A stretch of 63,780 nt of DNA, counting the filler, from Nemertoderma westbladi (taxonomy: Eukaryota; Animalia; Xenacoelomorpha): NCBI GenBank assembly GCA_032718475.1. It is 4 parts of 4 records of this genome, joined end to end, with 100 filler letters (N's around TTAATTAATTAA, not from the genome) between each part and the next. Parts side by side here need not be neighbours in the genome. Positions count along the whole stretch, not along the records: positions 1 to 12,429 come from JAUCBJ010001564.1; 3 more parts are not named here. One strand, written 5' to 3'. Under the pieces are notes generated by a model. It had not been told where the DNA came from. It made no database searches and saw nothing but the letters and a program-made list of their open reading frames with translations. Position 1 is the stretch's first letter. Every line of letters starts with the position of its first letter. Positions 1-11,959 of this stretch are shown here, in pieces. Made by a program: the position numbers and the translations under genes.

Positions 1-402
1 CCAAAGAAGTAGTATATATATAGCAATTATAAGTAATTATTAAGCAATTATAAGCAATTATTAACAAGTATATATATAGCACTATTTTGCTGTATTGTAT
101 GTACAGATGTAGGTATAAAGCAGGTATTTCTGTATTTTAGTACCGGTACCGGCACTGGTACTGCTATAGGCCTACTGTGTAGCCTACCCTTTAAATACGG
201 TAATGGTAGGCCTACCGGTTGTGCTAATAAATTTTAAATAATTGATAGGCGAAACTGGATTGCAGGATTGTGGAAAATGTGGATATACCTTTCACATAAT
301 TTAGGCCTTACTGTATTAGTTTTATAATCAATAATGGATCATGACTACTGTCTGAGTAGTGTTACGGATAGCGGCTCCACTACTTCCAACAGCACAGAAG
401 GC

Positions 403-985
403 CCGCCTCTGTAACCTGCCCCTTTCCCTCAATTAGTTAAATGATCGTTTATTGTTTTGGTTAGAAAATCCCGTCTCTGTAACCTGCTCCTTTCCCTCAA
501 TTAGTTAAATGATCGTTTATTATTTTGGTTAGAAAATCCCGTCTCTGTAACCTGCTCCTTTCCCTGATTTGGTAAAGTGACTGTTTATTGTTTTGGTTAG
601 AAAGTCCCGCCTCTGTAACCTGCTCCTTTCTCTCAATTAGTTTAAGTGATCGTTTATTGTTTTGGTTAGGAAATCCCGCCTCTGTAACCTGCTCCTTTCC
701 CTCAATTGGTAATGTTATCGTTTATTGTTTTGGTTAGAAAATCCCGCCTCTGTAACCTGCTCCTTTCTCTCAATTGGTAATGTTATCGTTTATTGTTTTG
801 GTTAGAAAATCCCGTCTCTGTAACCTGCTCCTTTCCCTCAATTAGTTAAATGATCGTTTATTGTTTTGGTTAGAAAATCCCGTCTCTGTAACCTGCTCCT
901 TTCCCTGATTTGGTAACGTGACTGTTTATTGTTTTGGTTAGAAAACTCGGCCTTAACCTGCTCCTTTCCATCAATTGGTAATTGT
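403..985. repeat. 68-bp tandem minisatellite, about 8.5 copies
   Basis: The anchor CTCTGTAACC recurs at 407, 475, 543, 611, 680, 748, 816 and 884 (period 68-69). The whole unit is repeated, with no unique spacers. Confidence 0.95.
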
Positions 986-1323
986 TTTTGGCTATAAAAT
1001 GAGTGTTTTGCTACGTCATGTGGTAATCGATTATCGACAACAACCACAAACTATTAAATATAGAGTCTTTTTACCACAGGCGCATATGGAAATCTATCTC
1101 ATAGTCTATAAATCATGGAATCATGGAATGTTTTGGCACAGGCATAGTGAAATCAACTGTCTGACAGTCCAGAAATCAGCAGGGGGAGTCTGACAGTTTG
1201 AAGAAATACATACATAAAAATTGACAATAAAAGTCATTAAATGGACAACAAAAGTCATTATGCATAATTCGTAAAAAAAAGTGACAAAAAAAGTCAAATA
1301 AATTGACATAAAAAATCACTGCC

Positions 1324-1390
1324 CTAGAATAATTGCTGAAATGCATCTGATCGGATCGGATTGAATCGGATCGGACGGCATCTGGCTATA
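1324..1390 (-). repeat. Short dispersed element carrying a (CCGAT)n microsatellite; inverted copy of 9605-9714
   Basis: CTAGAATAATTGCTGAAATGCATC...ATCGGATCGGACGGCATCTG closely matches the reverse complement of CAGATGCCGTCCGATCC...GATGCAATTCAGCAATTATTCTAG at 9614-9714. Confidence 0.75.
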
Positions 1391-1399
1391 AATGCACCC

Positions 1400-3969
1400 T
1401 ATACCTGAAGGGGTGGGGGCGCTACTCCTAAACCGCAAAGCGGTTTACTCTCGCAACTGAAAGATATGAGTATGAGAAACCTCCAGGAGAAATACCGGCT
1501 TGGTCGTCGTCCGGGTCAACAAGGACTGCGTCCCTCAGTGGTACACCAGGCTGGGGTCGATAAATTGGCTACTGGAACAGGCTACAGAGAAGAAAGAAGA
1601 ACCAACCTGTTGAAATGTAAAACGACACTAAAGATTGCTACAATGAACACACGCACGCTGAAAGCACATAGCAAACAGGGTGACATGGTTGCTCAGGCAA
1701 TGGAATATAACATCGACATCATCTGCATCCAAGAACATCGGATTTGTCATGAAGACACTGCCATGAAGTACAATAACATTGGAAATGAATGGACGTTAGT
1801 AACAAGCTCAGCAGTAAGAAACTCGGCCAATGCATCAATTGGCGGAGTAGGAATTCTGCTAAGCCCATTTGCACTTAAGACCCTAAACAATATCGAATCT
1901 ATAAATTCCAGGGTTATGATCGCAACATTTGATGGGAATCCCAAGACAACAGTTATATGTTGCTACAGTCCAACCAATGCCTCAGAGCCAGAACAAGCAG
2001 TCAAGTTTTATGAAGATCTGACTGGACTTATAAAGGACATTCCGAAACACAATGTTAATGTCATTGCTGGTGAACTGAATGCGCAAATTGGCCCAGAAGA
2101 CATCAAGGGTTATACCTATAACACCAGTTCCAACAGAAATGGGTACTTTCTTTTAGACCTAATGGATGAATGTGAATTGATACCAACATTGATACCAAAA
2201 TTGATGCCACTATGGACTTTTCAATACCCTAATGGAACCAAAGCACAACTGGATTGCATCCTTATAAACAAAAAGTGGAGAAACAGCATGATCAACTGCG
2301 AGGCATACAGCTCATTCAACCTAATTGGTTCGGACCACAGAATTGAGAGCCAGCAAACCCAGGACAAGCAAGCAAATCAACTATCACTGGGAGAAACTCA
2401 GAACTGACAATGCAGTAAAGGATGCTTACACAGTAGAAGTTCAAAACCGCTTTGAAGCACTTCAGTCAATGGATGAAGACCAGTCCACCGATTCAATATA
2501 CCAGAATATAATAACAGCCCACAAGGAATCAGCTAAGAGGCATATCACCCAGAAACCCAAACGAAAATAGTATGTGCCATGGCAAAACTCTGAGGTTACT
2601 TGTAAGAGAGAAGATCTTAAGATAGCCTACAAAGTTAAACCCGAACAACCAACAACAGAAAACATTAACAAGGTTGAGAAAGCTAAGGACGATCTTAAAT
2701 TGGCCTACAACATCAGCCAGGAAAAGCACATACAGGATAAAATTGAAGCAATTACAACTGCTCACATACAGCAACAATCAAGACTTACCTGGCAAACTGT
2801 AAATGAGGTATCTGGTCGGAAAAGTTGTGCAAAGGGGCGCCTCAAAGCCGATAGTCCTGAAGAACGTGTTGGGAAGTGGAAAAAATTCACTGCAGCAACT
2901 TGCTTGGGCAGCCACCAAACATCGAGGTCAGCCCTACAAGGAAAATATATGACAAGACACTACCTATAGAAACAGGGGACTTCACACCTGCCGAACTCCA
3001 AAGAAACATTAAAAGCATGTCCAATCATAAAGCGAGTGGATTAGATGAAATCCCAGCGGAGGTATGGAAAACAGGAGTGCTAAACAGACCATTATTGAAT
3101 GTTTGCAACCAGATGTTAAAAGGGGAAAAGCCTCCAGCAATTTGGACTAAAGGTCAACTAAAGCCTTTCCCCAAGAAAGGAGACCTCGGTATACCAACAA
3201 ACTATCGTGGGATCTGTCTACTTGTGGTAGCTGCCAAAATATACAATAAAATGATTCTATATAGGATTAGGCCTCACATAGAGAAACTACTGTGTAAGAA
3301 CCAAAACGGATTTCGACCAAGTAGATCAACAATAGCTCAGATACTTGCACTATAAAGACTGATTGAAGGAATTAAGTTGAAGAATCGCCCTGCAGTCATG
3401 ACTTTTGTGGACTTCAAGAAGGCATTCGACTCCATCCATAGAGGCAAAATGCTTGAAATCCTAAGAGCTTATGGAATACCAGAAGTAATTCTTGCTGGCA
3501 TTGGATTGTTATATTGTGACACAGAAGCGCAGGAACTCTCACCAGATGGTGAAACTGAGTTTTTCTCAATCCTGGCTTGGGTACTGCAAGGTGACACATT
3601 AGCACCATTACTATTTGTAATTGTGCTGGATTACGCAATGAGGTAAAGATCTGGGATTCACACTTCAATAACGCAGAAGTAGTAGATATCCGGCAACTAC
3701 AGTCACAGACACCGACGTTGCGGATGACATCGCCCTGCTCTCTAATACCCTAGCAGATGCACAGCTTCTACTAAATAAAGTGGAGAGGGCTGCTAAAGAG
3801 GTTGGATTGCATATAAATGCTACCAAGACCGAATTCATGACCTTTAATGTTGATGGAAACTTGACAACCATTGACAATAATCAACAACGGAAGGTCGACG
3901 ACTTCCAGTACCTTGGATCATGGATAGAGAGTACCAAAAAGAACATAGAGAAGTTAGGAAAGCAAAGGC
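1400..3969 (+). mobile_element. RTE-clade LINE (family A), decayed copy with APE endonuclease and RT, 3'-truncated
   Basis: APE motifs (IATMNTRTL, IICIQEHR, GVGILLS, CCYSPT, LDCILIN, GSDHR) and RT motifs (NYRGICL, VDFKKAFDSI, VLQGDTLAP, ADDIAL, FQYLGS) are spread over several ORFs by stops and frameshifts. Near-identical to the intact copy at 51466-53774. Confidence 0.93.
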
Positions 3970-4269
3970 ATTTAACATTAATTCATTACTACACATCAAA
4001 AGGTTTTCTCTTGCTAATCTGTTTAATAGGATTGGTAATTCTTGCAACCCTATTTTATATAAGAAATACTTGTTTAGCCCAATCTGAAATTTACTCCTCG
4101 TATATTAATAACTGTAAATTGTCATATTAATCATTATCATAATAATGATTTGTACTTTGTATTGGGCTATTTTTGTTTGTATTTATGTTATATGGAACCA
4201 TCTTCAGATACCGGATTAAAGAAATGATCCGCCATTATGGTAATAGGTTTTAGTATAGAAGAAGCATAC

Positions 4270-4436
4270 CTTCACCTGGTTAGATTTAGCAGACCACAAT
4301 GCTGTTCTACCCAAATATACCACAAGATTTCCATCATTTTGCATTCTCAGTATGGGATCGTCCAACCCCGGGATACAATATTTCATGTTTTTCCATATAA
4401 TGTTTCCATGGTGTATGATAACCAGATCATTGCAAG
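4270..4436 (-). pseudogene. Bulb-type (GNA/B-type) mannose-binding lectin exon, 3' part
   Basis: LRMQNDGNLVVYLGRTALWS contains the QxDxNxVxY motif. Donor AAG|GTATGC at 4270/4269. Cut at 4432-4436 by a CRE insertion. Confidence 0.7.
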
Positions 4437-5820
4437 CATGCCGTAGAACAGTCTCAGCGCCAGTGACCAGGTCAATGACCCTCACCACCAATGATCCGAT
4501 GGATGTGTTGGTAAAGGTTGATTTTAGGAACGCATTCAACACACTACGACGGGATACCATCCTAGAGACTGTCTCCCAGCGGTATCCTTCAATCTATAAC
4601 TATATGCTTGCAGCCTATGGCAGGCCAAGCTATCTTATACATGGTGACTCTACTTGAATCGGAGGAAGGTGCACACCAGGGAGATCCGGAGGGACCACCT
4701 ATTTTTAGTGACACCATCAATGATTTCATCCAGACCTTAGACTCAAACATCTGGTACTTAGATGATACCCAGAAAAGTGTGAGTTGTCCTTCCTAGGTCC
4801 AGTTTCCCCAGCAGATCGTGCACATATCAAAGACGAGTTCAACTCACTGTGTGGAGGAATTCAGTTCCCACCACTAGAAAACCTGACCTGGCTGGGAGTG
4901 CCAATTGGAACCATAGCTGCCAAGAACTTTCTTTTACCGAAGATTGATGATCTGGCCACTGTCAACAGTCGACTTCATCTCCTAGACGGCCACCATGCAT
5001 TCTTCTTGCTGAAAAACCCTTTCACCATCCCAAGGTTAATATATTTTCTCCACGCACCATCTCTGACACTGCTTGGATACAGGCTTGCCTTCCTGCCCTA
5101 ATGGGTGGTCTCGGATTGACATCAGCAGTATACCTCGCCCCTCCTGCCTTCTTGGCTTCTGCGGCTGCCTGCTCCACACTGTCAAACTGCCTTCTCCCTT
5201 CAGGAATAAAGAGCACTTCTCTGGATCCTGCTCCATCATGTGCCCTGGATTTGTGGACATCAACTGTTTGCCCTGAATCAGTGCCCCCTGATTCTCCCTA
5301 TCAGAGCGCTTGGATCCAACCGATCCATGAATATAAACTGGTAACACTAAGGAAGAATGCCAAACCATCGGTCATTTCCCGGCTAAACTCAGTGGAGAAT
5401 CATGTGGCTGGTTGCTGGGTTGCAGCTCACTCTGCCTAAAGTTATCTGATGCTCAGTTCCGCATCTCCGTCACTATTTGCCTTGGCTGCACCATTACAGA
5501 GCCCCATATCTGCGCCAGGTGTAGTAACCAAGTCCATGCGGATGGGTTACATGGTCTCTCTTGACAGAAGAGTGCTGGCCGATTCGCCCACCACTCTATG
5601 ATGAATGATATTGTCAAACGGGGTTTAGCCAGTTGCAATATTCCGTCCTTATTAGAACCACCTGGTCTTTGTAGGGAAGATGGGAAACGGGTGGATGGCA
5701 TGACCTTAGTAGTACCTTGGGAGCAAGGGAAGACTGTTACCTGGGATGCCACTGTAGTAGACCCCCTAGCACCTAGCCACCAAGTCACCAGCCAATCAGC
5801 AGGGGGCCGATTGCTGAGGA
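4437..5820 (+). mobile_element. CRE-clade non-LTR retrotransposon fragment (RT, CCHC, restriction-like endonuclease), decayed
   Basis: Motifs VKVDFRNAFNTLRR, QGDPEGP, WYLDD, GGLGL, C..C...HGLS, HHSMMNDIV, EPPGLCREDGKRVDG and WDATVVD, with several frameshifts. GCAAG is repeated at both junctions (4432-4436 and 5821-5825). Confidence 0.85.
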
Positions 5821-5936
5821 GCAAGAGAAGTCTAAAACCTTTGGCCGTGTCTTTGATATTCTGGAAGATCCACTACCACTAGCGCAGCATTTGAATTGAT
5901 CTTGAGTTTTTCCATTTATAGTCTACCATTTAGAAA
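5821..5936 (-). pseudogene. 5' part of the same bulb-lectin exon
   Basis: Acceptor TTAATTCAG| at 5937/5936. The phase-1 reading continues in frame into 4431 and below once the CRE insert is removed. Contains one in-frame TAG. Confidence 0.5.
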
Positions 5937-6022
5937 CTGAATTAATAATTTTAAACACGTTTTAGAACGATGCCATAAGTTAAAAAAAAAAAAATCTAAT
6001 TCCCCATTATACAGTCCCTTAC

Positions 6023-6145
6023 CTTCACACAACATCCCATCTCCTGTGTACCCAGCTTGGCAGGTACAATCGAATGAACCCGGTGTGTTGGTACAGTCGG
6101 CTTTATCATAACAATCATCAGTTTTATCGTGGCATTCGTCGATGT
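6023..6145 (-). CDS. Calcium-binding EGF domain exon (123 bp, phase 1-1)
   Basis: DIDECHDKTDDCYDKADCTNTPGSFDCTCQAGYTGDGMLCE, bounded by TTTTAG| and GAAG|GTAAG. Confidence 0.9.
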
Positions 6146-6470
6146 CTAAAATATGTGAAGTTTCAAAAAATGTAGTCATTTAATTTAATATAATTGTATA
6201 ATAATTTTATAATTGTAATGTGTTTTTTTAAATAACATATATAATTAATATTTATTATATTATTATATGAACAGATGAAAGCTATAATAAGTATTGAAAA
6301 TTATAAGCCTCCCAATCAAAATTATAATTTTCAATATTAGTATATTCTTTCCTAATAAATACTGTATACCTAAATGTAAAACAACTAGTCTTATCTAAAA
6401 CATACCATATCAATCAGCATATATCATAGTCGAAAGAATTGCTGTTATTTGCACCGGTATTTATCATGTC

Positions 6471-6800
6471 CTTTATATGCCTGGGAGGCCATCACCATCT
6501 TCCAACCCAAGACCAGAACGCCACTTGACTCGTGATCCTCAGAGGCAATGCGACGTACAGATTCGCAATGATAGCGAACTGGACGCGCTGCCTCACCCAG
6601 CCCATCGTAACACTGTAGGCCTATAGCTTCGACCAGTTTGCGCTCAATCTGCTGGCCATTGTCCGTAGCAGCTTGTTGGCATGTGGTACAAGGACACCAT
6701 CACACGAAGCTACATATAAAGGGGGCGAAATCGCCACGACGAAGTTCAACAGCTGCCGAGTAGATTTGTATCTTCTCGTCCTCCGCTGCTTCCAGTTTTC
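6471..6800 (-). mobile_element. 3'-terminal stub of a second CRE-like family
   Basis: Across small indels, the minus strand reads EDEK.QIYSAAVELRRGDFAPF..SCDGVL...MGWVRQRVQFAI...GSRVKWRSGLGLEDG, typical of the CRE RLE C-terminus. Confidence 0.72.
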
Positions 6801-6977
6801 GTTATTACGGCTTGTATTAAGTTACAGTATATATCGGGAAGGCTTTGTAAAAGTAAAATATAACCAAATCTGGTAGTAAATGTTAAAATCGGTAAATTTT
6901 GTTTTCGATAATGTGAAGTCTATTGATGTATTTTTGTCCTTTAAAACAAACTAATTCCCCATTATGCAGTCCCTTAC

Positions 6978-7100
6978 CTTCACAAAACTTCCCATCTCCT
7001 GTGTACCCAGCTTGGCAGGTACAATCGAATGTACCCGGTGTGTTGGTACAGTCGGCTTTATAATGACAATCATCAGTGTTATCGTGGCATTCGTTGATGT
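6978..7100 (-). CDS. Calcium-binding EGF domain exon (123 bp, phase 1-1), duplicate of 6023-6145
   Basis: DINECHDNTDDCHYKADCTNTPGTFDCTCQAGYTGDGKFCE with the same splice sites. Confidence 0.9.
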
Positions 7101-8269
7101 CTAAAATATGTGAAGTTTCAAAAAATGTAGTCATTTAATTTAATATAATTGTATAATAATTATAATTGTAATGTGTTTTTTTTTATAATATATATAATTA
7201 ATATTTATTAAATTATTATATGAACAGATGAAGGTTATAATAAGTATTGAAAATTATAAGCCTCCCAATCAAAATTATAATTTTCAATATTATTATATTC
7301 TTTCCTAATAAATACTGTATACCTAAATGTAAACAAACTAGTCTTATCTAAAATATACCATATCAGTCAGCATATTATATCATAGTCGAAATAATTGCTG
7401 TTATTTGCACCAGTAATTATGATGTGGGGCGAGCCACGAAGTGAGTGAGCCTTAGCGTAGTGGTACCATTAATCAACCTGTCGTTCTGTCGTTCTGTCGC
7501 GTCCAATTTTAAACGTTAATAACTCAGCCAATCTTTGATGAAATCTATCCAAACTTGGTACACATGTTGTTTGGCAAAAGTTTAGATATTTTCCAAGTAG
7601 AATTTCCGTGTGGCCTTCGAGAAGCTAAGATAATAGCAGTTAATTAGTTAATTAAGTTATTACGGTAAAAACACCATTTTCAACCTGCCTTTTAAAGGAA
7701 ATTAATTGTTTTACAGTATAAGATTTAAATAATTATACTTAAAAATTATACAGATGTAATCCACATACGCCATTCTATTATAGTTTTTAATTAGTTCAAG
7801 TGATTTGCTTTATTAATTGTGTCTTTAATTGATCTAAAGTAATTAAAACGTCATAAAAAATTGATTCTCATTAAATACTGCTCATTTATTGGCTAACATG
7901 CTGGTACGATGGAAGGATGTGTGTGTAAGGCAGCTATTTGCTGGGAATGATTATTGGTCAAGTCTCTGCTGGTGTGGAGCTAGCTGGCTTGGAGTTGTGG
8001 CTGTAGACTAACCAGAGAGGAATTGTACTGTAAATAAACTGTACTTAAAAATAATATTATTATTTTATATGTAACCTAGGAAATTAGCTACATTTTTTCG
8101 CTGCAGCTTTAAGAGTGTACATTGATTTAATATATTTCAATACCCATATTACTACATCGGCATAAGATGCGTTGGCGTTGTATCACACATCTCCACATAT
8201 CACACATCTCCACATAGATGTATCAACAGTTACTCGCACAGTTTCGAAACTTCGCATAGTTATAACTGT

Positions 8270-8560
8270 ATAAAGATCGTCAGTCTGCGTTTAGGAAAAA
8301 TATTTTATGACAAAACAGGACAAGCGACGAGCGCAACGAGGCATATAATGAAGACGAGTACTGCGTTGACTAAATTGTTATATAAACCACCTGGCTTCAC
8401 ATATTGATCGCATCCCTAGTTATTATTATTATAAAGATCGTCCTAGCCTGCGTTTAAGAAATATATTTAAATACAAAACAGGACGAACGCAAAGAGGCTT
8501 ATAATGAAAACGAGTACTGCGTTTATTATATTCCTATAAACCACCTGGCTTTGCATATTT
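8270..8560. repeat. Diverged direct duplication, two units of about 135 bp
   Basis: TATAAAGATCGTC...CAAAACAGGAC...CGAGTACTGCGTT...TATAAACCACCTGGCTT occurs twice. Confidence 0.75.
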
Positions 8561-8774
8561 AACGTGCGATTGGAAATAAGTTCGTGCTACCCTTCCGTGG
8601 GTGGTAGATGTCGCGGTTATGTATTGGTGGGTGGGGGGAGGGGGGGGGGGGGTGTGCAGATTAAAAGGGGTGAACACGTACTGTCCCCCTTTCTTTGATT
8701 AATTGGTGGTGTGGGTTAATATCTCATAACCTGATTTTGTGATACAGTCGCACAATTTTAATTTGTATCTCATA

Positions 8775-9140
8775 ACTGGGCCTCGTGCTGCGCGAAGGCC
8801 CCACGAACGTGTTCTTTATATGCCTGGGAGGCCAGCACCATCTTCCAACCCAAGACCAGAACGCCACTTGACTCGTGATCCTCAGAGGCAATGCGACGTA
8901 CAGATTCGCAATGACAGCGAACTGGACGCCCTGTCTCAACCAGCCCATCGTAATGCTGTAGGCCTACGGCTTTGACCAGTTTGCGCTCAATCTGCTGGCC
9001 ATTGTCCGTAGCAGCTTGTTGACATGTGGTGCAAGGACACCATCACACGAAGCTATAAAGGGGGCGAAATCGCCATGACGAAGTTCAACAGCTGCCAAGT
9101 AGATTTGTCGCTTCTCGTCCTCCACTGCTTCCTGTTTTCG
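8775..9140 (-). mobile_element. Second copy of the CRE-like 3' stub, with a hairpin in its 3' UTR
   Basis: Highly similar to 6471-6800 and truncated at the same point. Stem GGGCCTCGTG/CGCGAAGGCCC at about 8778-8801. Confidence 0.72.
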
Positions 9141-9604
9141 AGTTTTGTTCGGAAAATTTTTGAAATTTATGAAAAGTACACTACTGTATTCAGCATTTTG
9201 TAAACCTTCCTCTCTGTGCTCGCTCGGTACTATATAAATAGACGCGGGTCATAATGCTGAAATTGTACTTATCACATAGTTTGTTATCGTCGTGCTTTTT
9301 AACTAATTTGTGGTTGGGTAGCTAATCTTGAATCTGTTGTCGTTTCATTATGAACAGCCTGTACTGTGGGTACTGTACTAGTTCTGTTGGCTTTATGTGT
9401 GTTGGAAATTTGAAATCTTCACAAGGGTATTTAAATTTATTACTGGTTTCACTACAAATTTGTTTTGATTTACACTACTTACACTTGTATACCGGTATAT
9501 GTCTGTAGTAAATGGGCCACTCTACAAACTTAATACAAGCTCAGCCGAAGCCGGATGCGACCCGAAGGCTCCTCTTCCGACAGCTGCTACCTGAAGGAGG
9601 TATA

Positions 9605-9714
9605 ATTATATGTCAGATGCCGTCCGATCCGATCCGATCCGATCCGATCCGATGCAATCCGATCCGATCCGATCCGATCCGATCCGATCCGATGCAATTC
9701 AGCAATTATTCTAG
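9605..9714 (+). repeat. (CCGAT)n microsatellite within a short dispersed element
   Basis: About 14 CCGAT units at 9624-9693; the flanks match 1324-1390 in reverse orientation. Confidence 0.85.
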
Positions 9715-10494
9715 CTACAACTGTCAGACTGCAGACTGTACAAGCCTAGCTGCTTAGGCCTACTTCTGTTTTGCCTATCACAATTTCTCTAACACAATTA
9801 TTGAATTATTTAATTTAAATAAAATATATATTATAAAATTTAACGATTATTTAATTGAATATCAGAATATTCCAACTATCTTTGCTGTGTTTTATTTAAT
9901 TAATCTAGGGCATAATAATTTCCAGACTACCTCTAAGTGTAAAGTGATCAAGGGACATCTGCTTAGATGTTGCTTATATTTCTTTCGGGTTGACACTTAC
10001 ATAATTTTATGTCACGTGCTGCGCGAAGGACCCACTTCAGGCATAATATGTTTAAGGTTAAGTTACAACAAATTATAGATATTGATATACCAGCGCAAGC
10101 AACCCTCAGCGCGTAGCCTTTTAGCTGCAAGCTGGCTCCCAAATTACAGACAAATAGACAATGGGTGCACAACAAAGAAAGGTAGCCAATGAGAGAACCT
10201 GGAATTTCATGTAGTAGTATTATATAATTAGACCAAAATGGGATGGTGGGGAGTCACGTCAGTGTGTATGTTGACGTGTGTATCCTATTATAAGTATATC
10301 CATGTGAATCCAATAATATTGATCACTGGGGTCAACACTATTATTACTAATTAATTGTGAACAAGACGAGTAAACAAGACATGTCTGGCTGGGGGGCACT
10401 GCCCCAAAGCCCCCCCCCCCCCCCCCCCCCCGCACGATACGGGCCTGAGTACCTGGCTGCGTGGGGTTCCAGGACGAAGGTCAGAAAAAAAGCA

Positions 10495-10962
10495 CTACTG
10501 TATGGCCACTACAGCAGTATCCACTGCCGTCATGCTGACGATTTGTGAACTCACTGCCTGTGGAAGGCCTCTAATAAAATGACATTTAATCAATGGTTCA
10601 ATGAATTCTAAGTTACCTGTTTTTATTCCTGTTAGAATAAGAAGTCTCTTTAAATCCGCCATATAGACCTCTACTGTCTCACCCGGTGTCCACATCCGCG
10701 ACAGAAAGGTCGTGTACGCTTGAGTTGGAGTCACAGAAAACGCTGAAGATAAGGCTAGAAGAAGCGCGTCGTATGATGCTTTCGTGACTTCGGGTAGTTG
10801 ATCGTAGACAACGAACGCCTCGCTCTCCAAAAACATTGGAAGGTAATTTTGGAGATCGGTCCATTTTTGAGTCTTTGCGACAAGGGAACATTTCTTCAGC
10901 CACTCGTTGAAGTTCATTTTTCCATTAAGCGGTCGAATAATTTGATCAATTTTTAAAGACAT
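10495..10962 (-). mobile_element. gag: Truncated gypsy-type gag, related to the gag at 25109
   Basis: IRPLNG..FNEWLKK..LPMFLESEAFVVYDQL..YDAL..AFS.TP.QAY..F.SR..GETVEVYMADLKRLL..FIRGLP parallels the capsid region of 25109-25972. Confidence 0.75.
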
Positions 10963-11959
10963 GTTAAGCGGTGATAGCTTGTAAACAAAAGCTGAGTTTG
11001 AATAAATATATATATATATGTATAATGCAATATAATAAATAAATAAGATAAATATAAATAATATAATATACTCTCTCAATCAATAATAATCTACTGCCCA
11101 ATCGACCAATACTTTCTTACTTCAACTTATACCTAAAACTCACGATCCATACAAACCATGTAATCTATTTCTCCCCTCTCTCCCTCTATCACATACTTAA
11201 CTCCTCTAATTCAACAACTACAGCTGATTGCTTTTACAATATCAGAACCTTCTTACTAATTGTACTTAACTAATTATGTATCAACCTATTATTGCTACAA
11301 GGCCAGTAAAGGTGGCATGTACCAGTAAGAATGACACGAGGGGCGGCATTCTACCGCCAAACTACGACAAAATGAAGGGTGGCACTTTGCCACCAGGGGA
11401 CGACCACGAGGAGATCAGTGACATGACGGAAAAACCCGACTTAAGGGTGAAGGAGAAGGGAAGGTCAATTCCAAAAGAGTTGGAATTGAGAAGAAGAGTG
11501 GGGCGAAGATTAAGAGGACCAATAGGTGGGCAGTAGGATAGTTGCCTGCTGTAAGAATCGCCCTTAGGTTGTTGAGTCATCCAATATGTTGGATTGAGGG
11601 GGGTGGGAATGAGGGCGAGACGCCCTTCTCACACATAAAAATAAAAATATAAAATAAATAACAAGCAAATAATAAAATAAGTAGTAAGATAGTAGAAAGT
11701 AATAGTAGTAGGTAATACGTAGTACTGTTAGGTCTGAAGGGATTGTAGTGTGTGTAGAGTGTATGTCCGATAAAGTACTAGTTGGGAACGTTGGGGCAGC
11801 CAGAGCTGTAAGGTAAACCCCCTCTGAAAGAATAAGTCGTACTACTCAGTTAGAACGCATACTAACTAACCATTTCGGAATCTGCACATTCTGTAATTTA
11901 TTTAGGCTTGATAGTAGTCTGTCAGCATTTGGTTGTATTTTGTTTGAGTAGTTTGTATT

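Larger units (their letters stand above)
5996..7420. repeat. Recent tandem duplication of an EGF exon plus flanking intron (about 470-bp units at about 5996-6465 and 6951-7420)
   Basis: Intron sequence flanking both exons is nearly identical, at an offset of about 955 bp. Confidence 0.88.

Noticed and set aside
403-985. CRISPR-like periodic array
   Set aside because: The whole 68-bp unit repeats with no unique spacers, no cas genes are present, and the context is eukaryotic. It is a minisatellite.
7425-7620. Helentron/DINE-like element (CTGTCGTT repeats, AAACTTGGTACACAT); similar stretches at about 24560-24650 and 34325-34530
   Set aside because: Resembles common invertebrate non-autonomous repeats, but I could not define termini or TSDs, so it is not called as a feature.
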